From: an uncultured Actinomycetes bacterium
GTDB taxonomy: Bacteria; Actinomycetota; Coriobacteriia; Anaerosomatales; PHET01
Length of the DNA: 64,000 bases
Assembly: GCA_963770765.1 (NCBI GenBank)
Contig: CAVYQS010000012.1
Coordinates: 144,404 to 208,403 of the forward strand
Reading direction: 5' to 3'
In this document: positions 57,842 through 64,000 of the stretch, piece after piece
Layout of the letters: each line of letters opens with the position of its first letter
Numbering within the stretch: the stretch's first letter is position 1
Notes under the pieces: model-generated
Database searches by the model: none
The model's input: the letters and a program-made list of their open reading frames with translations, nothing else
Told to the model about the DNA's origin: nothing
Made by a program: the position numbers and the translations under genes

Positions 57842-58536
57842 GGGTCGACTCCTGCGTGGGTGAGCGATGCGGCCACGACATGACCGAGATCGAGTCCACC
57901 CGATTCGGCCCGCGCAAGAGTATCAAACGTGTTAACGAAATGCGACAAGATTTCGTCGGAGACCGCGTAGTGGCATGGTTGGACATGAGGGCCCACGTAG
58001 GCCGTCAGTTCCCCTGGGTCGCACGCGCCGACTTCTGCGACCGTGCGTGCCGTGGTACCGGCGATGCCCGCGAGCGCGCCACGCCACCCCGCGTGTGCGA
58101 CGCCCACGACGGGCCCGGGTGCCACGAGGATCACCGGCACACAGTCGGCGAAACACAGCAACAGAGGCAGGTCCGTGTCCGCGGTGACGAGTGCGTCGGC
58201 CGAGCGAACACGCGGCCTGCCACCCGCTGCATGCGCCCCGCGCCCGGCGTCGTCGTCGGTCACGACGGCCACGCGATCACCGTGGACCTGCTCGGCGGTC
58301 ACCAACCGGGCCCTGAGCGCACCGAGGCCGCACGCCGCGAGCAGCCGAGTCCGGTTCTCGTCGACACAGGCCGGGTCATCACCGACGTGGTCACCCAGGT
58401 TGAGGCTCTCGTACGGGATGCAGCTCACCCCGCCGACGCGTTCCGAGAAGACGACCGTCGCGCCGTGATTGGCAGGACCGAAGTCGGTCCAGTAGCGCAC
58501 GCCGGCAGCTTCAGCACACACGAGGGACGGACTCAT
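57724..58536 (-). CDS. pgeF: PgeF/YfiH (laccase-domain/purine nucleoside phosphorylase) protein
   Basis: SLNLG.HVGD, QVHG, ADC.P, HAGWRG and FFSYR. Confidence 0.93.
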   Translation of the reverse strand: MSPSLVCAEAAGVRYWTDFGPANHGATVVFSERVGGVSCIPYESLNLGDHVGDDPACVDENRTRLLAACGLGALRARLVTAEQVHGDRVAVVTDDDAGRGAHAAGGRPRVRSADALVTADTDLPLLLCFADCVPVILVAPGPVVGVAHAGWRGALAGIAGTTARTVAEVGACDPGELTAYVGPHVQPCHYAVSDEILSHFVNTFDTLARAESGGLDLGHVVAASLTHAGVDPCNIASLGTCTAETTDRFFSYRAEAGLTGRHGALVCIPS

Positions 58537-58651
58537 CTGTGGACTCTTCTCCCGACATCTGGTGCGTGCCGAAGCGTCGGTGACTGGCAGGAAAAGGGTA
58601 ACGAAGTCATGGGTGGCCGTCACGGACACTTCTACTCAGGAGGGATCTCGG

Positions 58652-59638
58652 ATGGACAGCATAGACATCGGACGAGCCGTCAAGGCACCGTTCAACGACC
58701 AGAACTGGATCAGCAAGACCCTGCTCGGCTTCTTGTGGCTCCTTCTCGGCGTCACCGCTCCTGCGGTCTACGGCGCTCAGATCGAGTATGTCAGGAGTGT
58801 CGCCGAGGGGCGCGAGGACCTCCCGACATGGGACGACTTCGGCGGCAAGTGGATCAAGGGCTTCCTGCTCGCCGTCGCGTACTTCATCTACCTCCTGCCG
58901 ATCTGGATCCTCGCGTTCGTGCTCCTGCTCCCCGGCATCGTAGCGGCCGCTTCGAGCGGTGGAGACTACGGGGCAGGTCTGTTTGGTGGGGGTCTTTGCC
59001 TCTTCTCGGTCATCGCGATCGTCTACGGCGTCGCCATCGCGATCCTCATGTACGGGGCAACCGTCAACTATGCGATGAAGGGCGGCTTCGGCTCGCTCTT
59101 CGAGATATCGGAGATCCTGGGGCACGTTCGGGATGGCTCAGGGTACTTCGCGGCGTGGGTATGGGCCCTCGTGATCGGTCTCGGCGCGTCTGTCGTCGTG
59201 AGCGTTCTGAGCGCCACGTTCATCGGCTACATCGTCGTGCCTGCGGTGATCTACCTGGAGTTCATGATGATGGGTCACGTCTTCGGACAGTGGGCGGCTC
59301 GCTCCTATGGAGTCGTCGCTCCCAGCGCGGTTGCACCGACCTACACGCCGCCGACTCCTCCGGCAGCCCCCATCGGCGCCGCGCCGACCGCCACCGCTCC
59401 GGTCGCCCCCCCGGCTCCGGCCGCTCCTGCAGCTCCTGCAGCTCCTGCAGCTCCTGTCGCGCCGCCGGCGCAACCCGCACCACCGGTTGAGACAGCTCCA
59501 CCCGCCGCTCCGGAAGCGCCTCCCGTCGCACCCGCCGCTCCTGCGGCGCCCGTCGCGCCGCCGGCACCAGCCGCTCCATCCATCGATACTCCCCCTGCAC
59601 CTGAAGCTCCCGTGCAGGGCGATGACAGTCCGGTCTGA
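58652..59638 (+). CDS. DUF4013-like membrane protein with a Pro/Ala-rich C-terminal tail
   Basis: 'A.K.PF.D..W..K', LPTWDDFG..W.KG, multiple TM helices, then (PAA)n; RBS GGAGG. Family assignment from memory. Confidence 0.75.
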   Translation: MDSIDIGRAVKAPFNDQNWISKTLLGFLWLLLGVTAPAVYGAQIEYVRSVAEGREDLPTWDDFGGKWIKGFLLAVAYFIYLLPIWILAFVLLLPGIVAAASSGGDYGAGLFGGGLCLFSVIAIVYGVAIAILMYGATVNYAMKGGFGSLFEISEILGHVRDGSGYFAAWVWALVIGLGASVVVSVLSATFIGYIVVPAVIYLEFMMMGHVFGQWAARSYGVVAPSAVAPTYTPPTPPAAPIGAAPTATAPVAPPAPAAPAAPAAPAAPVAPPAQPAPPVETAPPAAPEAPPVAPAAPAAPVAPPAPAAPSIDTPPAPEAPVQGDDSPV

Positions 59639-59683
59639 CGTCGGGCATCGGTGATCGGGGCCGATCCGATCCACGAGACACAG

Positions 59684-59781
59684 AGCGGGCCGGTCCGTCG
59701 TGGACCGGCCCGCTTCATGTCTATGAACCGCATGCACGGACCCGGTGGCGACGAGGTCCCGCCGTCGTCGCCACCGGGTCC
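59684..59781. terminator. Two GC-rich hairpins between convergent DUF4013 and ftsZ
   Basis: AGCGGGCCGGTCC/GGACCGGCCCGCT (59684-59714) and GGACCCGGTGGCGACGA/TCGTCGCCACCGGGTCC (59738-59781). Confidence 0.7.
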
Positions 59782-59800
59782 AAGAAGCCGAGAAGCCCTC

Positions 59801-60883
59801 CTAGAAGGAGCGCTTCTTGAGGAACGCGGGAATGTCCAGATCGTCATCGCTGATCGGCTCGAGCGTGGGCACGCTCAGCGATGCGGAGTCCTCTTCGGAC
59901 AGCGATGAGAATGACATCGTCTCTTGCTTGCGCACTCCGTCGAATCCGGTGGCGATCACCGTGACTCTGATCTGGTCCATCATCGAGTCATCGATCACGG
60001 CACCGAAGATGATGTTGGCTTCAGGAGATGCCGCAGCCGCGACGACCTCTGCGGCCTCGTTGACCTCGAACAGACCGAGGTCACTGCCACCCGAGATCGA
60101 GAGCAAGACGCCCTCGGCCCCCATGATCGACGATTCGAGCAGAGGGCTGGATATGGCAGCCTTGGCGGCATCGTGAGCTCGTCCGTCACCGGTGGCGATG
60201 CCGATACCCATGAGCGCGGAACCGGCGTCGGCCATGATCGTGCGTACGTCGGCGAAGTCGAGGTTGATGAGGCCGGGGACGGTGATCAGGTCTGTGATCC
60301 CCTGGGTGCCTTGACGCAGGATGTCGTCGGCGATGCGGAACGCGTCGAGTATCGACGTCTTCTTCTCCGCGACCTGAAGCAGGCGGTCGTTGGGGATGAC
60401 GATGAGGGTGTCCACGGACTCGCGGAGGCGCTTGATGCCTTCCTCGGCCTGAAGCGCCCTCTTCCGGCCCTCGAAGGCGAACGGACGTGTGACGACGCCG
60501 ACAGTGAGTGCGCCGATCTCCTCCTTGGCGATCTGAGCGATCACCGGAGCCGCGCCTGTGCCGGTCCCCCCGCCTTCGCCCGCGGTGATGAAGACCATGT
60601 CGGCCCCTTGCAGCGCCTCCTTGATCTCTCCTCGGTTCTCTTCGGCGGCCTGGAACCCGACGTCGGGATCAGCTCCCGCCCCGAGACCCTTCGTCAAGTT
60701 GACGCCCACATGGACCTTGTAGTCCGCGTCGGACATCAGGAGCGCCTGGGCATCCGTGTTCACCGCAATGAACTCGACGCCCTTGACGCCGGCCTCGACC
60801 ATCCGGTTGACGGCGTTGGTGCCGCCACCACCGATACCCACGACCTTGATGACTGCCAGGTAGTTCGCACCTGTGTCGAGCAT
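59801..60883 (-). CDS. ftsZ: Cell division GTPase FtsZ
   Basis: [23 protein letters not shown] and C-terminal DIPAFL. Confidence 0.98.
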   Translation of the reverse strand: MLDTGANYLAVIKVVGIGGGGTNAVNRMVEAGVKGVEFIAVNTDAQALLMSDADYKVHVGVNLTKGLGAGADPDVGFQAAEENRGEIKEALQGADMVFITAGEGGGTGTGAAPVIAQIAKEEIGALTVGVVTRPFAFEGRKRALQAEEGIKRLRESVDTLIVIPNDRLLQVAEKKTSILDAFRIADDILRQGTQGITDLITVPGLINLDFADVRTIMADAGSALMGIGIATGDGRAHDAAKAAISSPLLESSIMGAEGVLLSISGGSDLGLFEVNEAAEVVAAAASPEANIIFGAVIDDSMMDQIRVTVIATGFDGVRKQETMSFSSLSEEDSASLSVPTLEPISDDDLDIPAFLKKRSF

Positions 60884-61079
60884 GAGAGATGCCTCCCCCG
60901 TGAGAGCGGTCAGAGCTGCTACTCTAAACCTCAAGTTGACCGTTACATGTCGGGTAGAACGCTCAATCTTCGCATAAAGGTTACCCATTGTGCAAGGGGT
61001 AAGCAAGAAAGACATGACAACGCCGTGACAGTCGGAAGAAACCGCAGCTCAGCGAGGTGGGATGCGTATCAGGACCCGG

Positions 61080-62060
61080 CTATTCCAGACCGCGCCATGT
61101 GGGACGGTCCACGACCCTGACATTGATGTAGACGACCTTGCCCTCCTCGCGCGCGAGAATCTCGCGAGCGATTCGATCCTTCTCGGCGATCTGACCGGCA
61201 TCGCCGACGAAGATCTCCACATCATCGACCGTCAGGATGGCCGTCTTGTCGACGGTCGGTGCGGTGATAGCGCGAGTAACCGCCTTGAGCTCGGGGCTCA
61301 GACCTCGCGCGACGAGGATGGCGTTTGCAAGCTCCTTCGAGCCTGACTTCTGCCCCGGAACGGGTCGCAACCCCGCGATGTCGCGGACGACGACCGTCTC
61401 GGACTCTGCCTCAGTCCTCTCGCTGAGCCACACTCCGTCACCGGCGACCACCCACAGGTTGGTCCCGCCCGTGTCGACCACCGCGGCCGGCGCACGCTCA
61501 GTGATGGCGATCCTCAGCGTCGAGGGGAAGTCGCGATCCAGTTCAGCGCTGGCCACCCACGCCTCGGATTCCAGGCGCCGCTCTATCTGGCTCGCCGGCA
61601 GTCTCAGCAGTGTCGCGTCACCGGGAACGGCAGCGAGTGCGACCACCTGCTCCCTCGTGAGATGCTTGGATCCTGTCACGACGACGCTTCGCACCCTGAA
61701 GATCGGAGCACGCGATAGTTCCGCGATGCCCCATACGACGAAGGCCGCGGCGGCGAGCGCCGCGACGATGATCCCGGCTCGCTTGAGCCTCAGGAGCCGC
61801 TGTCGCCGCTCTCGCTCGTCGCGTTTGGCGGCTGAGATCCGCTTGCCATGCCCCGAAGCAGACCGAGAAGGCCCGCCGACCCCTGAACGCTTCGAAGCGA
61901 TCTTCGCGGTCTGACGAGTCGTGGAGCGGCGCTCAGCCTCAACTTGAGGTTGATTCTTGTTGTATCGCACCCGAACAGTCTCCTCGGCACCGATCACAAC
62001 CCGCTTACGCGGATTCGAACGACCCGAGGAACCTGATCTCCGGCTTGAGTTCGATGCCAT
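61080..62060 (-). CDS. ftsQ: FtsQ/DivIB (POTRA) cell division protein
   Basis: Basic N-terminus, TM helix and POTRA 'V.VTG..HLT...WV.SA...R.FP..L.I.ITER'; between murB and ftsZ. Confidence 0.88.
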   Translation of the reverse strand: MASNSSRRSGSSGRSNPRKRVVIGAEETVRVRYNKNQPQVEAERRSTTRQTAKIASKRSGVGGPSRSASGHGKRISAAKRDERERRQRLLRLKRAGIIVAALAAAAFVVWGIAELSRAPIFRVRSVVVTGSKHLTREQVVALAAVPGDATLLRLPASQIERRLESEAWVASAELDRDFPSTLRIAITERAPAAVVDTGGTNLWVVAGDGVWLSERTEAESETVVVRDIAGLRPVPGQKSGSKELANAILVARGLSPELKAVTRAITAPTVDKTAILTVDDVEIFVGDAGQIAEKDRIAREILAREEGKVVYINVRVVDRPTWRGLE

Positions 62061-62922
62061 ATGCATCCTCGACTGACTCACGAACCTGGCGGACGAGTTC
62101 AAGCACGTCTGATGCCGTCGCCGTCCCTGTGTTGACGATGAAGTTCGCGTGAACCTCGGATATCTCAGCACCGCCTACCCTACGCCCCTTGAGCCCCAGT
62201 GACTCGATCAGGCGTCCGGCGGACTCACCTTCCGGATTGACGAACACGCTCCCGGCGTTCGGTGACCCCTGCGGCTGGTCGCGTCGACGACGCCTGAGGC
62301 TCGCCTCCATCACACGCCGGATCTGGTCGGTGTCTCCTTGTCGGAGCCGCAAAGAGGCCTCGACGATGACTCCGCGGCTCGGAAGGTCGGTTCGTCGGTA
62401 GCCCCATGCGACCTCCGGTCCCCGCAAAGACACCAGGCCGAGACCGGGCTCGAAGAGGGTGACCGTCTCGACGATGTCGCCGATCCACGCATCGCGCGAA
62501 CCGGCGTTCATGGCAAGCGCACCACCGAGCGTCCCCGGGATGCCGACCGCGAACTCCAGACCGGTGAGCCCCAGACGAAAGGCATCTTGTACGAGCGCCG
62601 CCAGGATCACGCCCGACCCTGCCAGGAGTCTCTCATCGGTGCACTGGTGGCGCTTGAAGGCGCGACCCAGCACCAGCACGGCGCCCTCGTACCCCTCGTC
62701 GGCGGCGAGGACGTTGCTGCCCTTGCCGAGCACGGTCCATTCGACGCCCTCCTCGGTGCAGACCTCGGTCGCAAGCGTGAGATCGGCAGTCGAGGCACAT
62801 TCCACGAAGAGCGAGGCCGGACCGCCGATCCGGAAGGTCGTGTGCCGGGCAAGCGGCTCGTCGCATTTCACGACGCCGTCGACAGCACCGCGCAGGCGCT
62901 CGTATGCCCGCCTCAGGGGCAT
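62005..62922 (-). CDS. murB: UDP-N-acetylenolpyruvoylglucosamine reductase
   Basis: HTTFRIGG, G.GSN, GIPGT.GG...MNAG and HANFIVN. Confidence 0.96.
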   Translation of the reverse strand: MPLRRAYERLRGAVDGVVKCDEPLARHTTFRIGGPASLFVECASTADLTLATEVCTEEGVEWTVLGKGSNVLAADEGYEGAVLVLGRAFKRHQCTDERLLAGSGVILAALVQDAFRLGLTGLEFAVGIPGTLGGALAMNAGSRDAWIGDIVETVTLFEPGLGLVSLRGPEVAWGYRRTDLPSRGVIVEASLRLRQGDTDQIRRVMEASLRRRRRDQPQGSPNAGSVFVNPEGESAGRLIESLGLKGRRVGGAEISEVHANFIVNTGTATASDVLELVRQVRESVEDAYGIELKPEIRFLGSFESA

Positions 62923-64000
62923 GACACGGCTTCCGCGCCGGATCGCTCGCCGAGCGCGGCCACCAACAGCGGTCCGATCGCTGTGACGTCCCCCGCCCCC
63001 AGAGTCATGACGAGGTCGCCCGGTGCGACCCTGTCGGCGAGGTAGGGCACGATGTCGGAGCGGTGCGGCAAGTAGGCGGCGCGCGTCCGAGGATGGCTCA
63101 CGAGCAGGGACTCGAGGATCGTGCGCCCCCCGACACCAGGCACGGGTGCCTCGCCCGCCGAGTAGACATCCATCAACACCACCCGGTCGGCATCAGCGAA
63201 CGCGTCTCCGAACTCGCGCGCGAAGGCGTGTGTCCGGCTGTAACGATGCGGTTGGAAGAGCGCCCACACCCTGCGGTAGCCGAGGTCCTTCGCGGCGCCC
63301 AAGGTCGCCGCCAGCTCGGTCGGGTGATGCGCGTAGTCGTCTACGACCGTCACGCCGCCGACCTCTCCCACGCAGTCGAACCGGCGTCTGACACCCGAGA
63401 ACGTCGAGAGCGCGGCGGCGGCGGCACGGGGGTCGAGCTCCAACGCGAAGGCGGTGGCGATGGCGGCGGTGGCGTTGCTGACCATGTGTAGTCCGGGCAC
63501 GCACGTCGTGCACCTGATGCTGTCCCCACCGGGCAGCATCACATCGAACGCGTAGCCGAAGCCCACCTTCTCGCTCACGACACACCGCACGTCGCAGTCC
63601 GGATCGAACCCGTAGGTGAGAACGGCTCGGTCGCACGCCCGAACGAGCGCGGTCGCTCGAGAATCGTCACCGCACACGACTACCCGTCCGTTTTCGGCGG
63701 TGCGGCACACGAACTCACGGAACACCGCCTCGATGTCCGCGAGCGAATCGTAGTGGTCCATGTGGTCGGCTTCGATATTGGTGATCACCGAGATGAACGG
63801 GTCGAGATACACGAAGGACCCGTCGCTCTCGTCGGCCTCGACCACATAGTGGGGGCCCGATCCGTGTGCGGCGTTGGTGTCGAACCCATCCACCTCGCCG
63901 CCGATGAGGAACGTCGGCTCCATGCCCATCCTTGCAAGCATCGTGGCGATCATCGACGACGTGGATGTCTTTCCATGCGTTCCCGCGACCGCGACCGTCT
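62913..64000 (-). CDS. murC: UDP-N-acetylmuramate--L-alanine ligase (3' part only)
   Basis: AGTHGKT, EADESDGSF, DDYAHHPTE and FQPHRYSRT. Confidence 0.96.
   Translation of the reverse strand, partial: TVAVAGTHGKTSTSSMIATMLARMGMEPTFLIGGEVDGFDTNAAHGSGPHYVVEADESDGSFVYLDPFISVITNIEADHMDHYDSLADIEAVFREFVCRTAENGRVVVCGDDSRATALVRACDRAVLTYGFDPDCDVRCVVSEKVGFGYAFDVMLPGGDSIRCTTCVPGLHMVSNATAAIATAFALELDPRAAAAALSTFSGVRRRFDCVGEVGGVTVVDDYAHHPTELAATLGAAKDLGYRRVWALFQPHRYSRTHAFAREFGDAFADADRVVLMDVYSAGEAPVPGVGGRTILESLLVSHPRTRAAYLPHRSDIVPYLADRVAPGDLVMTLGAGDVTAIGPLLVAALGERSGAEAVSCP

Overview
GC-rich chromosomal core region of an Actinomycetota bacterium, most likely Coriobacteriia (inferred from a dcw cluster without ftsA, sepF/divIVA, Gram-positive LexA boxes and overall gene order). 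It holds about 60 mostly housekeeping genes: murC-murB-ftsQ-ftsZ, a pgeF-yggS-sepF-proC-yggT-divIVA cluster with pstSCAB-phoU inserted, hisC-tyrA-aroA-cmk-plsC-ispH-der-plsY-gpsA-rpe, the FMN-riboswitch rib operon, rrf2-iscS-iscU-mnmA...queD, a LexA-boxed DUF6504-dnaE2 cassette facing dinB, gltX-tRNAGln-tRNAGlu-glnS-rnpB, metK with a SAM-I riboswitch, and priA-def-fmt-rsmB-glpX. Single-base frameshifts in several conserved genes (fmt, glnS, nfo, hisC, sepF) look like sequencing or assembly errors. The most interesting signals are in non-coding RNA and cell-wall genes: (1) an orphan ~200-nt multi-helix RNA with its own promoter and terminator, divergent from a DtxR-family regulator; (2) a TPP-riboswitch variant upstream of thiT that lacks the pyrophosphate-binding residues; (3) a LexA-boxed promoter driving an unannotated structured transcript; (4) a catalytically dead PASTA-amidase coupled to an active M23 peptidase. 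No CRISPR array, IS element or prophage was seen. All RNA folds were done by eye and no database search was run.
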